Source: an uncultured Pirellulales bacterium
GTDB taxonomy: Bacteria > Planctomycetota > Phycisphaerae > Sedimentisphaerales > Anaerobacaceae
DNA length: 27,076 nucleotides
Direction: 5' to 3'
Assembly: GCA_964586995.1 (NCBI GenBank)
Contig: CAZPJZ010000001.1
Span: 1 to 27,076 of the forward strand
Shown here piece after piece: positions 17,177 through 25,024 of this stretch; the first letter of the stretch is position 1, and each line of letters opens with the position of its first letter. The notes below the pieces were generated by a model, which was not told the DNA's origin, searched no databases, and saw nothing but the letters and a program-made list of their open reading frames with translations. Made by a program: the position numbers and the translations under genes.

Positions 17177-17400
17177 CCGCCTTATGTCCGGCGGGTAAAT
17201 CCTGACCGTCGCCCCATTCGGCAGACTCAGGGCAGGCGTACCGGCGACGGCTAAACGTAAAAGGGCAAAGGATATTATTGTTGTGATTGTGGGAAAAGGC
17301 AAGGAAAATCCGTCGCTCGCCGCTGGTGAGCCGTGACCCTTGCAGAATCGAGTATCGGGCATCGAGTTCCCACAGGCGGGACGAGAATATCGAATGCAGG
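17177..17400. repeat. Cluster of REP-like hairpins and heptamer arrays
   Basis: ccgcc-ttatgtcc-ggcgg hairpin; cccattcggcagactcagggcaggc (17213-17237) flanked by the inverted repeat ccgtcgcc (17206-17213)/ggcgacgg (17243-17250); aatcgag-tatcggg-catcgag (17346-17366). Confidence 0.45.
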
Positions 17401-17442
17401 ATTTCGCAGACAGACCGCATGAGCTAAAGCCCATCCTGCCTG

Positions 17443-18192
17443 TTACGTGCTGATTCGGCTCTGTTGCTTGTGGGCCTGGTTGTGGGCCTTGCGGTGCTGG
17501 TGAAGGTGCAGCTTGATGTCGATGATGGTCTTGATGAGGATCAGGACGATGAGGACGCCGGCAGGGGAGCCGATGGCGGCTGAAATAAAGCCGCCGAATA
17601 GGACCGCAAAGTGCATCACCACCACGCGTGCGTAGGGGTCACTCATCAGCTTGGCTGCTTTGGCGGTGGCGTATTCATGCTTTATCAGATAATTGTGCAC
17701 GAACGAGACGCCGTGGCTGAGAAAGAGCGCAGCGATGGCGTACTTCATTGGTGGAGTCAGGGTCGTCCAGCCGTGCATTATGACCCCGATCAGCAACTGG
17801 ACGAAGACCAGAAAGCAGGGCCAGGCGTGGCCCGTTGGAAAAACACTTTCGCCTTCGCCTTTGCCGAAGAGAAAGAAAACGAACATTCCGTGCACAGCGC
17901 AGAACCCGCCAAAGTGGACAACAAAGAAGGGAATCATAAAGAGCTTGCCCAGATGTTCGATGGGGTGGGCCACTTTCGCAGCGGCCATTTTGAGGACGTT
18001 GTAAAAGCCGATGACCAGGTTCTCGGCCCAGTAAAGTAAGACGATGTAGAAGGCGTTCCAGCCGAAGACAGCGACGCCGTAAATCGGCAGCACATTGGCA
18101 GTGACAAGCGCTACCAAAGGGACGTTGGTCAGGTGTTCTTTGTCGAGCAGCCTGGCGATAGCTTTGAGTTGTGCCGGAGATTTCTCAGCCAT
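17443..18192 (-). CDS. DUF6498-like integral membrane protein
   Basis: LVTANVLPIYGVAVFGWNAFYIVLLYWAENLVIGFYNVLKM, FFVVHFGGFCAVHG, LFLSHGVSF, PYARVVVMH, LILIKTIID; several TM segments. Start moved to ATG 18192 so it does not overlap the upstream gene. Confidence 0.7.
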   Translation of the reverse strand: MAEKSPAQLKAIARLLDKEHLTNVPLVALVTANVLPIYGVAVFGWNAFYIVLLYWAENLVIGFYNVLKMAAAKVAHPIEHLGKLFMIPFFVVHFGGFCAVHGMFVFFLFGKGEGESVFPTGHAWPCFLVFVQLLIGVIMHGWTTLTPPMKYAIAALFLSHGVSFVHNYLIKHEYATAKAAKLMSDPYARVVVMHFAVLFGGFISAAIGSPAGVLIVLILIKTIIDIKLHLHQHRKAHNQAHKQQSRIST

Positions 18193-18242
18193 GAGGGTTT
18201 TATCGTCACGCAGGTCAACTTGCTTGCTTCGAATCCATATTT

Positions 18243-20306
18243 TTAGCTGTTTATCAGTTGGTAGGCCCTGATAAGTTCGCCTACGCTCCATGCCTGGGCG
18301 ACGCAGCCTTTCGGCAGGTGGGGGCTGTCGCCATCAAATATCTCTGAGACGCTGCCCAGGCAGGCTTGCTCGGTTAGATGCGAAAGCAGCGGCTGAATGA
18401 ATTCGGCGGCCTTTTTCTTACTCGCCCGGCTGAAGCCGTTGACCTTAAGATAGGCTTCCACGAACGGTCCGATCAGCCAGGGCCAAACTGTGCCCTGGTG
18501 GTAGGCCTGGTCTCGGTCTTTCTGTGGGCCGGTGTATTTGCCCTTGTACTCGGGATGGGCGACGTTTAGTGTTCGCAGACCGTAAGGCGTGAGCAGCTCT
18601 TTGTGTACCGTATCAACAATAGAGGTTTGCTGCTGTGGCGATAACGGCGGGGCAAACCGAAGGGATACGGCAAATATCTGGTTCGGGCGAAGGCTCGCAT
18701 CGGCTGTACCATCCGGAAGGACACAATCGTTCAGGTAGCCTGCCGCTTCGTTCCAGAACAGCGAGCAGAAACTGCCGCCCACCTTTTCTGCCATAGTCTG
18801 GTAGTTGTGTGCGTGTTCGCTGTTGCGGCTGGCGTAAAAGTGGGCCAGCTCGCAAAGGCCATTATACCACAGGGCGTTGACCTCGACCGCTTTGCCGTAT
18901 CGCGGCGTAAAAGCCACGCCGTCGTACTTGGCGTCCATCCAGGTCAGTTGCGTTTCCTGGCTGCCTGCTGTCATAAGGCCGTCTGCGTCGGCGTGGATGC
19001 CGAACCGCGTGCCGTTGTGATAGGACTGGACGATCCAGCGGATGGTAGGCAGAAGCTGCTGCGTAAAGGTTTGTGAGTCGCCGCTAACATCCAGGTAGGC
19101 AAAGGCCGCGTTTATAAACCAGAGAGACGCGTCCACACTGTTAAAGAAGGCGGTGTCACTGTAATCATCAAATCGGTTAGGGATCATACCCTGGTCTGCT
19201 GCCTGCGCAAACGTGCACAGGACGGATTTTGCCTCTTCGAATCTGCTGGTTGCCAGTAATAGGCCGGGCAGAGCCACAAAGGCATCTCTGCCCCAGTCGG
19301 CGAACCATGGGAAGCCGGCCAAGACAGTGACCCGTCGCTCGTGCTCCGTGCCCCGAGCGACAATCGACGAGCGACGAGCGATGAACTGGTCTGCGGCCAG
19401 GCAGAGCACTTTGGACTTTTCATCTTTGGGTCTGGCGGCAGTAATCACTTCATTGTGATGTCTGTGCAAATCGTCCTTGACTGCATCAAGCTCGTATTGT
19501 GTATTGCGTATTGCGTATTGTGGTCTTTTTTCGCACGACGCATCACGCATTACGCATGGCGAAAGGCTCGCCCAGAAGACAACCTCGGTTGGCTCTTCTA
19601 TCCGGCACTTGAAAAAACCGGGTGTCCACAGATCCTCGCTGAAGTTCTGGCCTCTTTCCCTGTCACAACGGTAAATGAAATTGAACCACCATTGCGGGTC
19701 CTTCTCAAAAGTAGCGCCCGGACAGCTTAAAAACAGCCCGCAGCTTCCCGGTATGTCGTGGCGGACCAGCAGGCCGTCACCGAACCACGCTGAACACAAT
19801 GGCGTGTACGACCTTTGCAGACTGTGAAAGTCTCGCATACCGACAAAGGGGCGCATCACAAATTCCGCGGGGCCATCCACCCTTGTAAAGCTGTATGCTA
19901 TAGCGACCGTATCGGCATCCCGGACCAGATACAGGGATTTAGTGAGTTTGAGCTTGTTCAATTCATAACCGAAATGCACGCCGGTGTCTTGATGGAATTG
20001 CGTTAGAAAGCCAAACCCTGCCGGGGCGAATTTGTCGGGAAACTCAAAAGTTGAAAGGTTGAATATCTTCTGCTCAAGTATGACCATCTCCAGGCAGTTG
20101 GCCAGAGCCATTATCCTGTTGACCGGCGGATTGATGGCTCCTACGAGAAGTCCGTGATAGCCTCGTGTGTTGCAGCCGACAATCGTTGATGATGCGTAGC
20201 TGCCGCGCTCGTTTGTTAACAGCCATTCCTTGGTCAATAGGTCGTCGATAGCGTGGTTCCTTGTTGACGTGGACACAGTTTGTGTAGTTTTAGTCTTTTG
20301 CAGCAT
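18243..20306 (-). CDS. Glycogen debranching enzyme (amylo-alpha-1,6-glucosidase, GH133-type)
   Basis: EWLLTNERGSYASST, RGYHGLL, AGFPWFADWGRDAFVALPGL, GMIPNRF, NSVDASLWF, LTWMDAK, PRYGKAVEVNALWYN, LRPNQIFA, LLTPYGLRTL, YHQGTVWPWLIG, SEIFDG, AQAWSV. Start at ATG 20306 (GGAG upstream). Confidence 0.92.
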   Translation of the reverse strand: MLQKTKTTQTVSTSTRNHAIDDLLTKEWLLTNERGSYASSTIVGCNTRGYHGLLVGAINPPVNRIMALANCLEMVILEQKIFNLSTFEFPDKFAPAGFGFLTQFHQDTGVHFGYELNKLKLTKSLYLVRDADTVAIAYSFTRVDGPAEFVMRPFVGMRDFHSLQRSYTPLCSAWFGDGLLVRHDIPGSCGLFLSCPGATFEKDPQWWFNFIYRCDRERGQNFSEDLWTPGFFKCRIEEPTEVVFWASLSPCVMRDASCEKRPQYAIRNTQYELDAVKDDLHRHHNEVITAARPKDEKSKVLCLAADQFIARRSSIVARGTEHERRVTVLAGFPWFADWGRDAFVALPGLLLATSRFEEAKSVLCTFAQAADQGMIPNRFDDYSDTAFFNSVDASLWFINAAFAYLDVSGDSQTFTQQLLPTIRWIVQSYHNGTRFGIHADADGLMTAGSQETQLTWMDAKYDGVAFTPRYGKAVEVNALWYNGLCELAHFYASRNSEHAHNYQTMAEKVGGSFCSLFWNEAAGYLNDCVLPDGTADASLRPNQIFAVSLRFAPPLSPQQQTSIVDTVHKELLTPYGLRTLNVAHPEYKGKYTGPQKDRDQAYHQGTVWPWLIGPFVEAYLKVNGFSRASKKKAAEFIQPLLSHLTEQACLGSVSEIFDGDSPHLPKGCVAQAWSVGELIRAYQLINS
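19334..19382. repeat. Palindromic heptamer array inside the debranching-enzyme CDS
   Basis: gtcgctc-gtgctcc-gtgcccc-gagcgac-aatcgac-gagcgac-gagcgat; gtcgctc is the reverse complement of gagcgac. Confidence 0.65.
19494..19559. repeat. Palindromic heptamer array (66 nt) inside the debranching-enzyme CDS
   Basis: gtattgt-gtattgc-gtattgc-gtattgt, a 10-nt spacer, then cgcacga-cgcatca-cgcatta-cgcatgg; the two arms are imperfect reverse complements. Confidence 0.75.
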
Positions 20307-20385
20307 TAACACGGCGTTACTCCCGGGACACGACCACGATCTATAAATTGGACCTGCTCTGGGCATCAGAAGCGAGTCAGATCAT

Positions 20386-21633
20386 CTATTGTACCGTTTG
20401 CAGGTGGGGCGGGTTTTTGTTTTGCGATAGGCGGCCAAATGCGCCGTTGGAGGCTGACTGTGAACATCGGCTGTGCAGGTGGTTCAGCACGTTCATAAAG
20501 TTTATATAGGAATCGTAGGGCGAATCATAGGGATTGAAATACTTGTGCACGTCGCCGTCGGCAAAGTACTTGGTGCACATGTAGTAGAAGTGGTCCGACG
20601 CTTGCAGTCTTCGCCAGTCTGCAATGATTCTCTCGTCGCCGGTTTCTTTGATCTTTTGCTCCAGCCGATACAGCTCATGAATCGCGTTGGACTGCATCGG
20701 GTTGCCGAGCCACGCAGACAGGTCTCTTTCGGTATCCGCCCAGCTTATGATATGGGGGACATCTACCGTATCGACGGCCTCGTAACTTTGAACGACCTCG
20801 CTGGGGGTCTTAAAGTCGTTGCCGGGACGCCGCAGAACCTCTTCGGGCAACTGCCGCATGAAGTCGAATATCCCCGTATCCTCCCATTGATGCTCGCCGA
20901 ACGTCTCGTAATCCATGAACAGGTTCACTACACTGCCGCTGCCATTGATATCGCTTATCCATTTAGCGAATTTTTCTGCCGTCAAAGGCCACTCAATCCA
21001 GTTGCGGTTGGAGAACCTAAAGGCTATATCGTCGCTGAGACAGTAGTTTTTCAGCAGCAGTTTTAATTTGGTGCATCCCTTGGGGCGGTAGACAAAGTTG
21101 GGACTGCGCAGGCCTAAGATGTGGTCTGCTCCCTCGGTAATTATGGCGTCGAAGCAGCCCATCGACTCAACAAGGGCGGCCAAATCATTGTTGTATATCA
21201 GTTCCGTGTTTCTGAAGACCCGCGGCTTTTGGCCGAACAGACGCTCGGTCGTTTCGATGTGTTTGTTTACCTGATCCGCGAATTCGTTGCGCGAGTACAA
21301 AAAACTCAGACTGTGGTAGTAAGTTTCCGCCAGGAATTCGACGCAGCCGGTTTCTGCCAGCGCGTCGAAAGTGCTCATAACTTCCGGGCAGTACTGCTGG
21401 ATCTGCTCCAGCAACATGCCGGTCAAGCTGTAGGCTACTTTGAACCGACCGCCGCACCGCCGGATCAGCCTCAAGAGCAGGCGATTAGTCGGCAGATAGC
21501 ATTTGTTGGCGACCTTCCTGCAGATTGATGCGTTCTTGTAGTCGTCAAAATACCGGTCGCTGTTGTCGAATGCCGTGTAGTGTCTCAATCGTAACGGCTG
21601 ATGCACCTGAAAGTAAAAACACACCGAAGGCAT
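20386..21633 (-). CDS. Glycoside hydrolase family 57 (alpha-amylase-like)
   Basis: CFYFQVHQP (CSR1), ETYYHSL, FRNTEL (nucleophile Glu), DYETFGEH (acid/base Asp), LQASDHFYYM. Start at ATG 21633 or GTG 21642. Confidence 0.92.
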   Translation of the reverse strand: MPSVCFYFQVHQPLRLRHYTAFDNSDRYFDDYKNASICRKVANKCYLPTNRLLLRLIRRCGGRFKVAYSLTGMLLEQIQQYCPEVMSTFDALAETGCVEFLAETYYHSLSFLYSRNEFADQVNKHIETTERLFGQKPRVFRNTELIYNNDLAALVESMGCFDAIITEGADHILGLRSPNFVYRPKGCTKLKLLLKNYCLSDDIAFRFSNRNWIEWPLTAEKFAKWISDINGSGSVVNLFMDYETFGEHQWEDTGIFDFMRQLPEEVLRRPGNDFKTPSEVVQSYEAVDTVDVPHIISWADTERDLSAWLGNPMQSNAIHELYRLEQKIKETGDERIIADWRRLQASDHFYYMCTKYFADGDVHKYFNPYDSPYDSYINFMNVLNHLHSRCSQSASNGAFGRLSQNKNPPHLQTVQ

Positions 21634-21703
21634 TTCTGGCACGGACTTAAAAGCTCAGTGTTGAATCCATCGTCTTGGCGTTTTCTCTTTTTGGGACCTT
21701 CCA

Positions 21704-22993
21704 TCAAACCGCAGCCAGCATTTCTTCATAGATTCTTGCGCATTTGGCTGCGGAATCTTGCCAGCGTAGTTTTCGTACCTCAAAGTTGCCGTGCTGCCGC
21801 AGCGTAACCCCCAAGGGCGGATATTTCAGCACGGCGATAATCTTGTTGGCCATCTCATCAATGTCCCAGAAGTCTACTTTCAAGGCGTGTCTGAGCACTT
21901 CCGAGACGCCGCTTTGCTTGCTTATGATGACCGGCACATCGTTGCCCAAGGCCTCCAGAGGTGCGATGCCGAACGGCTCCGATACGGAGGGCATCACGTA
22001 CAGATCAGCCATCCTATATATCCGGCGAACGTCCTCGCCTCGTAGGAATCCGGTGAAGAGCACCTTGTGGCCGATACCCAGTTGGGCAGCCAGCTCGATT
22101 GCACGGTGCATCATGTCCCCGGAGCCGGCCATGACGAACTTGACGTTGTCCATGACTTCGAGGACTTTCCTGGCGGCGGCGAGGAAATACTCCGGGCCCT
22201 TTTGCATGGTAATGCGGCCCAGGAACAGGACGATTTTCTCGTCTTTGCCGATGATGTTTTCGGCCAGGGCCGCATTGGAGTTTTGTTCCACGCCATTATA
22301 GACCACTTCGACCTTTTCGCGGCTAATACCATACCGGCTAATAATGATACTGCGTGTGTACTGGCTGACCGCAATGACCTTGTCGGCTCTTTCCATGCCC
22401 CTTCTCTCGATGTCGTAAATCATTTGATTGACATGTTCGCCGCTGCGGTCGAATTCTGTGGAGTGCACGTGGACAATGAGCGGTCTTTGGCTCAGTTCCG
22501 CCACGGCAACTGCCGCCGGAAACGTCATCCAGTCGTGAGCGTGAACGACATCAAAATCCTCATCTTGGGCCAATTCACTGGCCAAAATGGCGTAACGGTT
22601 GACCTCCGTGTACATGTCACCACTGTAGTCGATGCTTCCCATAGACTCGATGGGCCAGCCGATCCGGCTGGCAAGGGCTTCTCGCTTGCGTCTGAGGGCT
22701 TCTTCGATCCGCTGTTGGTGAGCGTGTGGGGTCGAATACGGCTGCAATGTTGAGGCAATCGTGCGAAAGGTCACGTTTTTTAGCTGGCTGAGTTGAAGCG
22801 TGTCTGCTGTGATCTCGCCGCCAGGGCTTAACACCCTTACGTGGCTGGCATATCGTCCGTCGACCGCCCTTGGCAGAACGAACGTTATTGTTATGCCCAG
22901 CTCGCCCATGGCCTTGGTAAGCCCATAACAAGCCGTACCCAGCCCCCCACTGATGAACGGAGGAAACTCCCATCCTAACATGAAGACTTTCAT
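21704..22993 (-). CDS. GT4-family glycosyltransferase (putative glycogen/alpha-glucan synthase)
   Basis: MLGWEFPPFISGGLG, HAHDWMT, HVHSTEFDRSG, FLGRITMQKGP, PSVSEPFGIAPLEA; GGAGG RBS. Clustered with GH57 and the debranching enzyme. Confidence 0.92.
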   Translation of the reverse strand: MKVFMLGWEFPPFISGGLGTACYGLTKAMGELGITITFVLPRAVDGRYASHVRVLSPGGEITADTLQLSQLKNVTFRTIASTLQPYSTPHAHQQRIEEALRRKREALASRIGWPIESMGSIDYSGDMYTEVNRYAILASELAQDEDFDVVHAHDWMTFPAAVAVAELSQRPLIVHVHSTEFDRSGEHVNQMIYDIERRGMERADKVIAVSQYTRSIIISRYGISREKVEVVYNGVEQNSNAALAENIIGKDEKIVLFLGRITMQKGPEYFLAAARKVLEVMDNVKFVMAGSGDMMHRAIELAAQLGIGHKVLFTGFLRGEDVRRIYRMADLYVMPSVSEPFGIAPLEALGNDVPVIISKQSGVSEVLRHALKVDFWDIDEMANKIIAVLKYPPLGVTLRQHGNFEVRKLRWQDSAAKCARIYEEMLAAV

Positions 22994-23558
22994 ATAGTCC
23001 TCCGCGGGCTCTGTGTCATAACTGTCCTTTCACGCAGGGCTTAACGCTCGGCTCTTTCCGGCCGTGAACTCGATCAGCAGTTTGCTCCAAGGTCCTCCCG
23101 TATATGAACCTTGATTATGATTCGCTGTCGAGCACGTTATCGGCAAGAACCCTTTTACCCTTAACTGCGCGCGGGCAAAAAAAGATGCGTTCGCCCAAGC
23201 TGCTATTTATATCATCGGGATTTTGGGTAAAATAAGTTCAACAAATTTTGCTCAAAACGTAGCTTTTGGTACTGTGAATCCGGATTTTATAGGCCATAAC
23301 CGGATTGGAAAAGGCTCTCAACGCCGCCTTTTGCCCCTGCCTTCAGGGTAGCACCGTCGGCTCGGCCAACCCAAAGCCAACCAGACGGTAAACCGCAGCG
23401 GGCGCCAAGCAATAATCTCGTTGCAGAACTGGTTACATCACGCTACAAAACGGGCTGAACTAAACCTTTTCGCGGTTCAGGAATTGAAACGGCCTGCGTC
23501 AAACAAGGTTACCGCCAGCCCAATGCGTGCCACCGAACGACGTTCGTCGAGAGCCGGC

Positions 23559-23744
23559 CTATAAATCCTGTGCTCTGACCGTGCTGCGACGGTTGGCTTT
23601 TGTTCGGACAACGGCAGCATCGAGCATCGAGTAAACACGTTCACTAATTGCTCCGAGAGCCTCCGATGACGTCATCATCTTTTTGCTCTTGATGTACGCC
23701 TTCACTTTGCTTGCCACGATCAAAGGTTCTCTCTTTTTTGCCAT
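23559..23744 (-). CDS. Bacterial singlet histone-fold protein (Bd0055/face-to-face-type histone)
   Basis: 61 aa MAKKREPLIVASKVKAYIKSKKMMTSSEALGAISERVYSMLDAAVVRTKANRRSTVRAQDL after a GGAGG RBS. It has the LIVxSKVK alpha1 start, the MxTS loop, a long alpha2 and the RxTVxxxD histone clamp, matching the Bdellovibrio/Leptospira histones as I recall them. Confidence 0.85.
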   Translation of the reverse strand: MAKKREPLIVASKVKAYIKSKKMMTSSEALGAISERVYSMLDAAVVRTKANRRSTVRAQDL

Positions 23745-23823
23745 TCCGCAAATCCTCCCTGTCAAAATTTAAACCTTGTAGGCCGGCACCAATCCTTCGG
23801 TCCGGCACGCTATTAGAGTCCTT

Positions 23824-23852
23824 ATTACACAAACCCATAGCATTTTCAACAA
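23824..23852 (-). promoter_or_regulatory. Candidate sigma70-type promoter for the histone gene
   Basis: Minus strand TTGTTG-17 nt-TGTAAT in an AT-rich stretch, with the -10 element about 80 nt upstream of the ATG. Confidence 0.3.
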
Positions 23853-24055
23853 AAAAATGCGCCCAAATGCTAAATTTTTGTGTTAATAGCGCCGATAGGC
23901 ACAACAAGGATCAAGTAAGGTCCGACCGGCAAACAGTGTTCTTTCTGGTTGGCGGTTTCTTGAGCTGAACGGCTCAGATGGTTTATTGTGACCAGGCCTT
24001 TCACACGGCCCGTTCCTGAGCAGCGGTTCAAGTCGCTTTTGGTTGGAGGAATAAA

Positions 24056-24376
24056 ATGGCAAAGCGCTCGAAGAAAGGTCATAAATCACAGGCCAGACTG
24101 CAAGGATTTGTGGTCGTTGCTTTTGCCAAGGATTGGGAGCAGGCCAGAGACTATGAGACTGTGCTCAAAGTCAACGATATCCCCGCCGTTATCAGCTCAC
24201 AAGAGGAATGCCCGGCGGGTACTAAGGAGATTGCCGTAATGGTTCCCGAGGATTGCCTTGATGAAGCACACGTCATAATCGAGTCGCAGAACGCTTATGA
24301 CGACTTCTATGATTTTGCCATGGAAGAGGAACATGACGCTGATTTCGGCAGCGACCTTTTCGAGGATGATTTTTGA
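24056..24376 (+). CDS. DUF2007-like (putative signal-transducing) small protein with a basic N-terminus and an acidic C-terminal tail
   Basis: GGAGG RBS; EQARDYETVLKVNDIPAV ... IAVMVPEDCLDEAHVII resembles the DUF2007 core. The last 25 residues contain 12 D/E. Confidence 0.6.
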   Translation: MAKRSKKGHKSQARLQGFVVVAFAKDWEQARDYETVLKVNDIPAVISSQEECPAGTKEIAVMVPEDCLDEAHVIIESQNAYDDFYDFAMEEEHDADFGSDLFEDDF

Positions 24377-24489
24377 GCTTCAGTCTTTCAGGCCTGTACA
24401 AGTCAGCGGCGTCCAAGTACGGCTGACCGGCTTGGCGGAGTGAGGCTTGGCTGAGAGGTGAGCACAGTAAGACTGTGGGGTGGATAGAA

Positions 24490-24816
24490 ATGGGTGCAGA
24501 AAATCTGCCAGAACGACGCGGTCATAGAGACCGTAGGCATAGTGTGGTTGACAGGCGATTGGGGTTGGACCGCCGACGTGGTCCCGGAAGGCGCAGAACG
24601 GATGAGCGAAAGTCCGCGGAAGAGGGACAGATGTCGGACGAACAGTTCGAGTTCCTCATGGCGGTTGACGAGTACAAGAGAAGAAACGCCAGGCCGTTTC
24701 CGACCTGGACGGAGGTTCTCGAGGTCATAAAGGCCCTCGGCTACCGCAAAGTGGCTGAGCCCCAGCCGCTCCAGCAGTTCAAGAAAAAGCCCGAACAGGA
24801 CAAAGTGCCAGTGTGA
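24490..24816 (+). CDS. Conserved hypothetical protein, Arg-rich (D/E/G)RR-repeat N-terminus, planctomycete-type
   Basis: [34 protein letters not shown] followed by [34 protein letters not shown], a motif I recall from planctomycete hypothetical proteins. Start at ATG 24490 or GTG 24475. Confidence 0.7.
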   Translation: MGAENLPERRGHRDRRHSVVDRRLGLDRRRGPGRRRTDERKSAEEGQMSDEQFEFLMAVDEYKRRNARPFPTWTEVLEVIKALGYRKVAEPQPLQQFKKKPEQDKVPV

Positions 24817-25024
24817 TATGCCCCGAGGGGATCCCACCTCTGAGCCACGGGGGGCGCACACTGCCATAAGGTCCAAAGTCGGTTCGGCTTTTACATTTTA
24901 GAAAAAGATGGTTGTTTTTGCCTCGGCTTTTTCCTATCATATTGGGGTAAGTCCGGTCGAGTAGACCGGAGATAGTAGCTCTGGCCGGCCACAGGTAAGC
25001 CAATGCTGAAAGGCCCACGAAGGG

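Noticed and set aside
17111-17434. ORFs 17111..17434(-) and 17124..17420(-) as intact toxin genes
   Set aside because: Their translations are largely REP and heptamer sequence with no family signature; only the extreme 3' part resembles a toxin tail.
16777-19559. Repeat arrays considered as CRISPR
   Set aside because: Units are 7 nt and contiguous with no unique 25-45-nt spacers, and no cas genes are present.
22994-23110. Tiny upstream ORFs (about 24 and 9 codons) before the GT4 gene as leader peptides
   Set aside because: Poor RBS spacing, no informative codon bias; expected by chance.
23455-23480. Hairpin ctgaac...gttcag as intrinsic terminator of the histone gene
   Set aside because: The stem is short or bulged and the U-tract is weak and offset; plausible but not supportable.
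24020-24040. GCGGTTCAAGTCGC T-arm-like motif upstream of the DUF2007-like gene
   Set aside because: The stem does not fit a 5-bp T-arm and no cloverleaf can be built.
24956-24970. Second gtcgagtagac match to the group II intron 3' end
   Set aside because: No DV or properly paired DVI adjacent; explained by a local hairpin or chance.
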